Of a stretch of 64,000 nt of DNA, positions 28,886 through 37,128 are shown one piece after another (positions within the stretch are counted from its first letter, which is position 1; each line of letters opens with the position of its first letter). The DNA is taken from the sequence record OP599913.1. One strand, 5' to 3'. The notes under the pieces were generated by a model that did not search any database, was not told the origin of the DNA, and saw nothing but the letters and a program-made list of their open reading frames with translations. The position numbers were made by a program, and so were the translations under genes.

Positions 28886-29863
28886 ATGACGATTAACACC
28901 CTTACCGACCTCTTTACCCCCGAGGAACTGAGCACCTACCAACAACATCCCTTCCCGTACAACCTCCCCCTCCTTAAAACAGCTCTGGATAAGAAACTTC
29001 AAGAAGATCCTACTTACGAAGTCTTTATTCCTCTCTACTACCGTAAGCAAGATAAACGAGTCAAGGATGACAACGCCCTTAAGGAAATCAAACTCCATTA
29101 CCTCCTGATTAGCAATAAAGGTAAGATCCTCTCCTGCAATAACCCTGAAAAGGAATACCGAGAGATTCCTACCAGTGTACACCCAGGTGGTTACACCAAT
29201 GCCTTTATTGCTGTACAGGGCAAGAATAACAGTGTAGCCCTTCATAGAGCCTTAGGGTGTACCTTCATTCCCGTATCGGAAGAACTCCTTGAACAGGGGT
29301 ACCACCCTAAGGACTTGGAAGTCAATCACATTGATGGAGATAAACAGAATTGGGATCTCGATAACCTTGAGTGGTGTACCACTAAGCAAAACATCAATCA
29401 CGCTGTTGAAACGGGACTTATGGCATCAGGTAAGGAACATCAGGATACCAAGCCTGTTAAGGGGAAAGTGATCAGAGGGAACCATATTGGTTACGAGTTT
29501 GTACTCTTTGGAGGAAGTAACTTAGAAGAGTACGGGTTTGACCAAGCAGCGGTCAGTAATGCGGCTAATGGGAATCTGAAGTCGCATGGGAACTGTGAGT
29601 GGTGCTTCGCTACGGAGGAGGACATCCAGAACCTTCCCCACACTATCCCTGAGGAGATCACCAAGGATCTGAAGGATGTTTCCCCTTGGATCAAGTACCG
29701 GTTTATTGGAACGAATCTAAAGACCGGTGAGACGATCGTTATTCACAGCCCAGCGGAGGCTAAGGAGAAAGGGTTTAACATCAATGGAATCAGGAACAAC
29801 CTTTGTGGGATTAGTCGTTCCAGTGGAGGGTATTCCTGGACTCAAGAACTCTTAACACCATAA
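28886..29863 (+). CDS. Free-standing NUMOD4-HNH homing endonuclease (I-HmuI-like)
   Basis: ISNKGKI, LHRALGCTF, EVNHIDGDKQNWDLDNLEWCT; C-terminal DNA-binding repeats; AAGGA RBS. Confidence 0.9.
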   Translation: MTINTLTDLFTPEELSTYQQHPFPYNLPLLKTALDKKLQEDPTYEVFIPLYYRKQDKRVKDDNALKEIKLHYLLISNKGKILSCNNPEKEYREIPTSVHPGGYTNAFIAVQGKNNSVALHRALGCTFIPVSEELLEQGYHPKDLEVNHIDGDKQNWDLDNLEWCTTKQNINHAVETGLMASGKEHQDTKPVKGKVIRGNHIGYEFVLFGGSNLEEYGFDQAAVSNAANGNLKSHGNCEWCFATEEDIQNLPHTIPEEITKDLKDVSPWIKYRFIGTNLKTGETIVIHSPAEAKEKGFNINGIRNNLCGISRSSGGYSWTQELLTP

Positions 29864-29877
29864 CCGAAATACCCCCC

Positions 29878-29909
29878 CCCCTTCCTCTCCGATTAGGGAG
29901 AGGAAGGGG
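29878..29909. terminator. Bidirectional terminator between HNH and RNAP genes
   Basis: 13-bp stem CCCCTTCCTCTCC/GGAGAGGAAGGGG. Confidence 0.75.
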
Positions 29910-29929
29910 TTTAGGGTGTTATTTTCAGT

Positions 29930-31231
29930 TTATTTAAGCGCTGTTTCCAAATCCAACAGGTTCGTTTTACTACCTGCAGTGTGATGGGCCTTCATGCGCT
30001 GCAATAAAAATGCAGTAGGAATCAAGACCACTTCGGAGCTGAGACGATGCCCTAAAGCCCCTAGACCTTCCCCACAACAGGTCTTACAATAGTAACCGTC
30101 CTTTAGGGTACAGAACTGAGGGACTCTGGCCTGCACGGGCTTATTAACGTAACGATCCAGGTTTTCAGCGGTGAGCTGTACCAGGACTTTCCCATCCTGG
30201 ATCCACGTTCCTACCCAGTACCCTTTATTGGTTGGCAGGATCGTAACAGTTTCTGTCACCGGGGTACCGCAATCCACGATATCCTCGTTAACGGCCGTGC
30301 GGCCTATTAGACGCAACGTTTCCTTAACCCTAGCCCCACCTTCACCGGTGGACATAGAACGGCTGTAAGAGCCCTCTACGGCCGTATTAATGTAGTCCGC
30401 CAAGAAGTTCGGATCCCAGCCCTCTGCCAGGGAGTTAGGGAGTAGTACCCAGCCGTCTCCTGAAGCATTGGGTTCAATACCGAAGGAAATGAACATCCGT
30501 TTACGCGAGTTGTCAATAAACTTCTTTGCAATAAAGAACTTGCGGCTAGGACCAGACATCACGATCTTCATGTCCAGCGCCACACACTGATCAATAATCG
30601 AGGTGGCAACAACCGGATCATTGAGTTCGTCTTTATGCTCTTTAAAGAGACGATCCCTGAGTTTAATGACTTCAGGACTCACCGTTAGGGCGTCTACACC
30701 ACCCGGTTTAATGAAGTGAGACCCTAACCCTTCCAGGAACTGGCAGTTATGGGAGAACTTCAAACACTGGTCTACACTGGCTTTCCCTTCAGGTACCGCT
30801 TCCCCCGGTGGGGGATTATCCACCATGAGAGTACTCAAGATCTTCAAGATAACGGGTTTAGTGAACTCCCGGTTAAGGTAGGGTTGGGTCTTCCCGAAGC
30901 ATTCCCAGAAGAGAATAACGTTGAAGAGTAAGAGTCCAAAGGTAGTCGTGACCGCTTTACCTTGCAACACGGGATGGAAGTCTCCCGGGAGTTCCAGGAT
31001 TTCATCCATGTAGAACAGGGGTTCATTCACCTCCCCATTCACGGTATGGGTAGAACCCTCTACCACGACATTGAACCGATTATCTCCCACAAAGACAGCA
31101 TAGGGGTATTTCTTGAACTGTCCAGAGGAGTCTTCGTCTTCAAACTGGATCGTGATAATCGATTGAATAGCCGCCTTTTCGTTATAGGCTCGGTTATTCA
31201 GGAAGAGTTTAAGGTAGTCGAGTTTAGTCAT
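29930..31231 (-). CDS. rpoC: Virion RNA polymerase beta-prime middle subunit (phiKZ gp80-like)
   Basis: GSYSRSMSTGEGG bridge-helix region, DCGT, RVPQFC...CKTCCG Zn site, trigger-loop-like RMKAHH. Confidence 0.85.
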   Translation of the reverse strand: MTKLDYLKLFLNNRAYNEKAAIQSIITIQFEDEDSSGQFKKYPYAVFVGDNRFNVVVEGSTHTVNGEVNEPLFYMDEILELPGDFHPVLQGKAVTTTFGLLLFNVILFWECFGKTQPYLNREFTKPVILKILSTLMVDNPPPGEAVPEGKASVDQCLKFSHNCQFLEGLGSHFIKPGGVDALTVSPEVIKLRDRLFKEHKDELNDPVVATSIIDQCVALDMKIVMSGPSRKFFIAKKFIDNSRKRMFISFGIEPNASGDGWVLLPNSLAEGWDPNFLADYINTAVEGSYSRSMSTGEGGARVKETLRLIGRTAVNEDIVDCGTPVTETVTILPTNKGYWVGTWIQDGKVLVQLTAENLDRYVNKPVQARVPQFCTLKDGYYCKTCCGEGLGALGHRLSSEVVLIPTAFLLQRMKAHHTAGSKTNLLDLETALK

Positions 31232-32127
31232 GGGAGTTCCACTCGCTGAATAAGGTCTTCAATACGGGTCAATGTCAGAGGGTCTTCAATGACCGAATAG
31301 AGGTATTGGGTCATCTTATCCTTAAGCCATTCGTTATTGATTTCAGACACCAGGAAGAACCCAATGACCTCCTTGGCATACTGAAGGGTGCTGTCTTCCG
31401 TTTGTTGGGCCAGGAGAACCTCCAGGTTACGGCTGTAGAAGCTCAGGAAGCTCTTTACACTCCCTCCCAGTTGCCCGTTCTTCTTAACGTGCTCAAAAGC
31501 CAGAGTTCCTTCAATAAGGGTTGCATTCGCACGAATACGCTGTTCAATAGGGGTAGGAACGTTCTCAATCTCCTCGGGGTTAAAGAGAGCGTCCTTAATG
31601 GCTTTAAGGGTGACTTCAGAAACATCCTCAATAAAGGTTTCGTATTCTGACAGGTCGAGGTCTTCACCCAGGTAGAGTTGCATCACCAGGAACAGTCGGT
31701 TCACAGGGGGGATGTCATACGCCTCCAAGACGTGTTTAAGACCAATCAGGTCTTCATACTCCTGCAACTCCATAAAGAACGACAACAACCGAGTTAAAGC
31801 AGGGAGGTTGTCTTCACCCAGGAAATCATGATTGAAAACGAACCCTAGCTGTTCCAGCACATCGATTATATTGGTCGTTAGGATCAAATACACCTGATGC
31901 TTCTTAGCCGGGATATCCAAGGCTTCATTAATCAACAGATCAGTCAGTTGACTGGGCATCAAGGACTCAGGTTGACTGAGCATAATTAAATTAAACGATT
32001 CGTCCAATTCTTTAGCCTGATTGGCGGGTATGGCGTTCCGGAGTTCTGACCAGAGACCCCCTACCAGGGTGTCAGCCAGGTACACGCCCTCTTCCAGGGT
32101 AACAGATTCTTCATGCTCAATAATCAT
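31228..32127 (-). CDS. Hypothetical protein coupled to vRNAP gene
   Basis: 4-nt overlap; ATG 32127 preferred. Confidence 0.6.
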   Translation of the reverse strand: MIIEHEESVTLEEGVYLADTLVGGLWSELRNAIPANQAKELDESFNLIMLSQPESLMPSQLTDLLINEALDIPAKKHQVYLILTTNIIDVLEQLGFVFNHDFLGEDNLPALTRLLSFFMELQEYEDLIGLKHVLEAYDIPPVNRLFLVMQLYLGEDLDLSEYETFIEDVSEVTLKAIKDALFNPEEIENVPTPIEQRIRANATLIEGTLAFEHVKKNGQLGGSVKSFLSFYSRNLEVLLAQQTEDSTLQYAKEVIGFFLVSEINNEWLKDKMTQYLYSVIEDPLTLTRIEDLIQRVELP

Positions 32128-32172
32128 TGGGTTAACTCTCGTAAAGTGCGTTTCCAAAGGGAATCATAGCAT

Positions 32173-33042
32173 ATGTCGACTAAACAGCAACAGCGTCGGG
32201 TTAAGAAACTCAATAAGCGCAAGCAAGTGAGTAAGCAAAAACAACGGGCTAAGAACATCCAGGACGCTTACCTCCGGCAGGACTTTGGTAAAGGCTACCA
32301 GGGGGAGGCCCTGAGTAAAGATGCCTTGTACGATAAGGTCAGGGGTGAAAACAAAGCCTTCTCGGTGCGCGACCTTATTAACAACCGTCAACGTCTGGCG
32401 GAGTTGGCTGAACAGATGAAACTGACGGGTGATGAGGACATCCCTCAGCTCTTCAGTGGGGAAGAACTCCTCAATGCCATCAACGACATGATTACCGTCA
32501 CCATTAAGCTCCACAGTGGGGTGATCGTGTACAACCGTCTGGTTGAAGAACACCGCTTCGATATCAGTGAGGACGACCGTACCTTACTGGAGAACTACGA
32601 ACGCAAAGTGGTAGAGTTTGCGGAAGATGTCTCAGTCGTCACGACCCTGCATGAAGCGGGTCAACAACCCGAGGATTACTTTGAAGTCGTCCTTAACCTG
32701 GCTGATGTCATGGCAGCCCTCAGTGAGGAGTTTGGGGAACCGGTTCTGGCCATCATTACCCAACAGGGTGATCTGATCGAAGCCTATGCCGTTGAACACA
32801 AACCTGAAGGCCTGTCTGTCTACGATTACATGTGTCAACTTCACAGTGAACGTATTACGGTTATCCAACAGCTGTACGGTGAGAGCCGGCTGAATGACGT
32901 CTTTAACGAATTGCACACCCTGGAGCAGGAACTCCCAGATTCCCCTGAAGAGATCCCGGGTGATAACCTCCCCTTCCCTGAGAAGGAAGAGGTCGGTGAA
33001 TTCATCGCTATTTCCAACGATCCTGTCATTAACCCCCAGTAA
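32173..33042 (+). CDS. Hypothetical protein, basic N-terminus, acidic C-terminus
   Basis: 289-aa ORF divergent from vRNAP operon. Confidence 0.6.
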   Translation: MSTKQQQRRVKKLNKRKQVSKQKQRAKNIQDAYLRQDFGKGYQGEALSKDALYDKVRGENKAFSVRDLINNRQRLAELAEQMKLTGDEDIPQLFSGEELLNAINDMITVTIKLHSGVIVYNRLVEEHRFDISEDDRTLLENYERKVVEFAEDVSVVTTLHEAGQQPEDYFEVVLNLADVMAALSEEFGEPVLAIITQQGDLIEAYAVEHKPEGLSVYDYMCQLHSERITVIQQLYGESRLNDVFNELHTLEQELPDSPEEIPGDNLPFPEKEEVGEFIAISNDPVINPQ

Positions 33043-33054
33043 GGGACTGTTTGT

Positions 33055-34779
33055 ATGTCTGAGAATGTAACCCCGAACGAAAACCCTGAACTGACTCCCC
33101 CTTCGGAGTTGAGCAAAGCCGTTGAACAAACGATTCCCAAAACGGAGCCTTCCAGCCACTTTGGCTTCATGGATACCCACACGCCTCAGAATACACCCAT
33201 GAAGGAGGTGGTGGAACCGCTCAACCCCATTACCAAAGAACTGGTTGAAGACGATCGAGCTAAGGGGTTCACCAGTATCTTCCTGGGGGTTGGTAAAGAA
33301 GAGAATGAGAAAGCAGCTGAACTGATTACCAACTGGAGTGCGTGGAACACGTTCAAAGAATTGAATAAGGTAGGGGAGGTTTCCCCAACAGTCTTTGCAT
33401 CGGCTAAGCAAGACTGGGATGCCTTTGTTCAAGAGAACTACCCGGATGTGAATCCCAATGAGTTGGAGAAGACCGCTAGTGATCTGTTCAAGTTCATGAA
33501 CAGTCTTCAGGAGAACCTCCAACTTCGTACCCGCATGGTGCGGGAAGAGAATATTACCAACGCCTCGCGCCGGTGTGATAAACTCACCACGACCGATATC
33601 GTGGGTAAGACCCCGTCAGTGAATAAGAAAGGGTTGAGTATTGCAGATCGCATGATTCGGTCGACCATTCGTTCGTCGGGGGGTGTATACCAGTATAACC
33701 AACTGCTGCGTAATTCGTTCCTGAGTATTACGTGGGAGCGTCCTCAGAAGCTGGAAGTCGCCGATCTCATCAACAACATTAACCGCCGTATTCGGGGGTA
33801 TGTACGACGGGTCGGTGGGAACGCCATGGCGTTGTCTTACATTGCGGGGTATATTGAGATCTGGGATTGGTTGAAGCCCCGTTTGGTCAGCAGCAGTGTC
33901 AAAGGCCTGGCGGATTTCGATGACCTCAGCAAGGTGATCCGTATTACGGACATGCCGGTGATCTGTGCAGGTCTCTTGGCGTCGATCACGGATGACGGGG
34001 TCCAAATGGACCTCCGCTGCATGAACCCCAGCTGTGACTGGTATCAGTTCGATCTCATCGATCCGACTAAGTTGGTGCAGCGCCGTCCGTCGATTGAAAC
34101 CGATGAAGAAGCCGCTTTCTTTGGTAATATCTTCAGTGGGCGTGAACAACACACCGTTGATGAAATCCTCAAGATGATCGAACAGTCCACCTACGGGATG
34201 GACAATCGGTACGTGTACAACGAGGATCAATCCATTCGTCTGAAAGTAGGACCTCCCAGTCTGTCGGATGCCTTCGCTACCTTCGACTATTTCGTAGGGC
34301 GGGTGGATAAGCAGTTGGCGGATATTAGCAACAAGGTCAACACGGAACAAGACCTGGAAGAGCAACATCTCCTTCTGCTTAACAGCTTGAGTGGAGCGGA
34401 GTACATGCACTGGGTGGAAGAGTTCGCTATTATGCCACCTCCGGGCGAAGACAGCGAACCCCAGGTCATTAAACGAGCCAAGGAAGACCCTAACGAGTTC
34501 AATAAAGGTCTTATGGACTCCCTGCTGACCGATGAGGTGATGAATAAGAACTTGGTGTTGTTCGTCTACAATAAGGCGCCTTATCTGACCCGGACCTTTA
34601 TTGGTGTCCGTAACTTCGTGTGTCCGAAGTGCGGTACGGAGTCGGATGCTCACCAAGAAGATCGTAAACTCGGGTATACCCCGATCGATGCCTTTATGAG
34701 TTTTTTTATCCATTCCCAGCTGATGTTGATGAATCTGGCGATGGAGCGTCAAAAGGTAAACAACGAAGCCCTCTCCTGA
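33055..34779 (+). CDS. Putative tail/baseplate assembly chaperone (short, unshifted form)
   Basis: 574 aa; RCMNPSC and CPKCG Zn pairs; ...MSFF at U7 site. Confidence 0.55.
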   Translation: MSENVTPNENPELTPPSELSKAVEQTIPKTEPSSHFGFMDTHTPQNTPMKEVVEPLNPITKELVEDDRAKGFTSIFLGVGKEENEKAAELITNWSAWNTFKELNKVGEVSPTVFASAKQDWDAFVQENYPDVNPNELEKTASDLFKFMNSLQENLQLRTRMVREENITNASRRCDKLTTTDIVGKTPSVNKKGLSIADRMIRSTIRSSGGVYQYNQLLRNSFLSITWERPQKLEVADLINNINRRIRGYVRRVGGNAMALSYIAGYIEIWDWLKPRLVSSSVKGLADFDDLSKVIRITDMPVICAGLLASITDDGVQMDLRCMNPSCDWYQFDLIDPTKLVQRRPSIETDEEAAFFGNIFSGREQHTVDEILKMIEQSTYGMDNRYVYNEDQSIRLKVGPPSLSDAFATFDYFVGRVDKQLADISNKVNTEQDLEEQHLLLLNSLSGAEYMHWVEEFAIMPPPGEDSEPQVIKRAKEDPNEFNKGLMDSLLTDEVMNKNLVLFVYNKAPYLTRTFIGVRNFVCPKCGTESDAHQEDRKLGYTPIDAFMSFFIHSQLMLMNLAMERQKVNNEALS

Positions 34780-35249
34780 TTGGCGGTAAAGCGATTCACA
34801 ATCCGGAGTTCTCGGCGGTTTACTTAAACCTCCAGAAGCAAGATCTCAGTGGTCTCAAGGAAGAGACTATCCTGTTGAACAACCAAGCGTTGCATGACAT
34901 CAACATGGGATATGTCTCACCCCGTAATCTCCCCCCTCACCAATCGATTAAGTTCTTTCCGTCTGAAGTCAGGTATTACCACCCCTTCTCGTATGAGAGC
35001 ATAGGAGAGTATTACGGGACTTTTCGGCTGGATGAATACCTGCCCTTAAGGGATTACTTGGAATTGCCCGCTAACTGTGCAGACACGTTGATTAAGGCCG
35101 TTCAAAAGGGACGGGAAAAACGGTTGGTAATGGAGAAAGAGCATCTGAAGGAAGAGGAAGAGAAACAGGCGAAGAATGGGGGTAAACGAACCGCCTCGGA
35201 GTCGGTTTCTATGGATGCATTACTGGATCAATTGTCTAAACTTCGTTAA
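34707..35249 (+). CDS. Putative -1 frameshift extension of the 33055 ORF
   Basis: Frame open from 34668 to 35249 with no ATG/GTG/TTG until 34875; reached by -1 slip at T TTT TTT (34701-34707). Confidence 0.65.
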   Translation, partial: YPFPADVDESGDGASKGKQRSPLLIGGKAIHNPEFSAVYLNLQKQDLSGLKEETILLNNQALHDINMGYVSPRNLPPHQSIKFFPSEVRYYHPFSYESIGEYYGTFRLDEYLPLRDYLELPANCADTLIKAVQKGREKRLVMEKEHLKEEEEKQAKNGGKRTASESVSMDALLDQLSKLR

Positions 35250-35258
35250 GAGAATAGG

Positions 35259-35290
35259 TAACCTGGGGGCTTAGAGCCCCCAGGTTATCT
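35259..35290 (+). terminator. Intrinsic terminator
   Basis: 13-bp stem TAACCTGGGGGCT/AGCCCCCAGGTTA. Confidence 0.75.
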
Positions 35291-35351
35291 TATGACATAC
35301 ATGGTGACACCTCGTCTCTATACCACTGTCCAACTGAAAAGGGCCCTCCTA

Positions 35352-35960
35352 ATGTCCAACGATTACAAAGCACCTGAGGTCGATGACCTCGGTAAGAAAG
35401 AAGAAAGTCCGAAGACCCAACCTACGCCTTCCATCCCCAATACGGTGGCTAAGGCCCAGGGTGCTAAATTCGAACCCGTACCTCTCCGTATTGGCATTGG
35501 CCAAATGGTCAATGGCAAAGGTAATGCGGTCACGGATATCATGAAAGAACGGATTGACCGTCACCTGACCTACCTGGCCGGTAAGAAAGGCTTCACCAGT
35601 GATAGTGAACGGGAGGATGAACAAACCTCCTTTATCGAGATCATTGGTTCTACGCTGACCCTTCCGTTTCCCCAGTACGTCATCGTTACTGACTACCTGT
35701 TGACGGTTATCCGGGAGAACCGGGAAATCTTTGCCAACGGTACGGCATTCCGCTTTACCTACAAACTCCGTAAGGAGTACCCGATGGAGAACGTTAAACT
35801 CTATCACACCTACATGACCTTCCTGACGTTCATCGCGGGTAACTGGGAAGCTCGTCATCGTCTTAACCGCATCATTGATCTGGGAACGGCTATCCGTGAT
35901 CTTCCTCGTAAGGGCAAAGAGAACGTCACCCAGTACTTCAATAAGCTGCAAAACGTTTAA
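35352..35960 (+). CDS. Conserved hypothetical protein, probably virion
   Basis: ATG 35352 preferred; helical protein. Confidence 0.55.
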   Translation: MSNDYKAPEVDDLGKKEESPKTQPTPSIPNTVAKAQGAKFEPVPLRIGIGQMVNGKGNAVTDIMKERIDRHLTYLAGKKGFTSDSEREDEQTSFIEIIGSTLTLPFPQYVIVTDYLLTVIRENREIFANGTAFRFTYKLRKEYPMENVKLYHTYMTFLTFIAGNWEARHRLNRIIDLGTAIRDLPRKGKENVTQYFNKLQNV

Positions 35961-35986
35961 TTTCCCTTAGACTCTTTATCCAAGGA

Positions 35987-37072
35987 ATGCTTCCAATGGA
36001 CAGTGTTGTACTTACCGAAGAAGATGGTAACGGTTATGAAATCCCGGATCTCCCTCACATCGGGATTGTGTATGATGCGCTCAACGATACCCTGGATCAA
36101 GTGGATCGGGGCGTTGCAGGCACGGAAAGCCTGACTGCCTCCCAACAGTACCTGGTAGGCGTACTCGTCGCGAACCGACCCGGTTACTCGGTGGCCGGTA
36201 ACGAAGGCTTTATGGCCAATATCGGCGCAGGCCTTAAAGCCGCGTATGAGTACGTGGTGAAGATGTTCAAGAGCCTCTGGGACTTCTTCTTTAAGCGTGA
36301 TGTCTCTCAGAAGACCTCGGATGCTAAGAAGGAGATTGATGATCTCCAGACAAAACTGGAGGTGGTTCAGACCGGGGGTAAGACGGAAGCGGAAACCCAG
36401 GAAGCCCTGCACTCCATGAAGGCCCAGGTTAAGGAACAGGCCCAATCTGGCTTTAAGATCGACGGGGTAGACGCAGAAGAATGGGTGGAGAAACAGGCGA
36501 AGACTTCTGCTACCCACGAAGAGAAGAAAGCCGCGGTTAAGACCCTGGCTCGAGAGCTTCCCAAGGTCAACACTCGGGGTAAGAAACGCCTCCAAGGTGT
36601 CATTGAGCGGATGATCAAAACCCAGCAATATTTGGTCAGTGTGATTGATATTGCTGAAAAAGAAGCCCGAGAAACCCTGAATGAAAACCTGATGCGGGTA
36701 ACGGACTCCATGAAACTCCTCCGCACCAATGTTCATCAGTCTACCGAGCAGCTGAGTCGAGTGAAAGACGTCAAAGACCTGACGGCTGTACACAACGTCA
36801 TGAACGGTGTTATTAAAGAGATCGATACCTTTAAGAATGCTGCTCAGGCCGTGCAGAGTGTTCGCGGCAAAATGGCTGACAAGATTAAGATCGTTGAACA
36901 GCAATTGGCCGAGGTGGCTAAAGGTGGAGGTGACACCAAAGCGACTCAAGCAGCGCTGGATGAACTCCGCAAGATCATGAACTTCCTGGTTAAATGTGGT
37001 AAATGCATTACCAACATCATTGAAGACAGTGTGAAGCTCCAGAAAGCCTTTAATGGTGTCTTCGGGCTGTAA
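35987..37072 (+). CDS. Head/inner-body-type protein with G-x-E processing site
   Basis: AGTES and AGNE|GF followed by amphipathic helix ending LWDFF. Confidence 0.65.
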   Translation: MLPMDSVVLTEEDGNGYEIPDLPHIGIVYDALNDTLDQVDRGVAGTESLTASQQYLVGVLVANRPGYSVAGNEGFMANIGAGLKAAYEYVVKMFKSLWDFFFKRDVSQKTSDAKKEIDDLQTKLEVVQTGGKTEAETQEALHSMKAQVKEQAQSGFKIDGVDAEEWVEKQAKTSATHEEKKAAVKTLARELPKVNTRGKKRLQGVIERMIKTQQYLVSVIDIAEKEARETLNENLMRVTDSMKLLRTNVHQSTEQLSRVKDVKDLTAVHNVMNGVIKEIDTFKNAAQAVQSVRGKMADKIKIVEQQLAEVAKGGGDTKATQAALDELRKIMNFLVKCGKCITNIIEDSVKLQKAFNGVFGL

Positions 37073-37082
37073 CCCTGGTTAC

Positions 37083-37124
37083 CCTTACTACCCCTCTCCC
37101 CGTGAAGGGAGAGGGGTAGTAAGG
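37083..37124. terminator. Bidirectional terminator
   Basis: 18-bp stem CCTTACTACCCCTCTCCC/GGGAGAGGGGTAGTAAGG. Confidence 0.8.
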
Positions 37125-37128
37125 TCTA

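Noticed and set aside
28548-29968. Minus-strand group I intron joining the RNAP gene to the distal copy of its end
   Set aside because: No P/Q/R/S core seen, the HNH is antisense, and the gene already has a complete end and terminator
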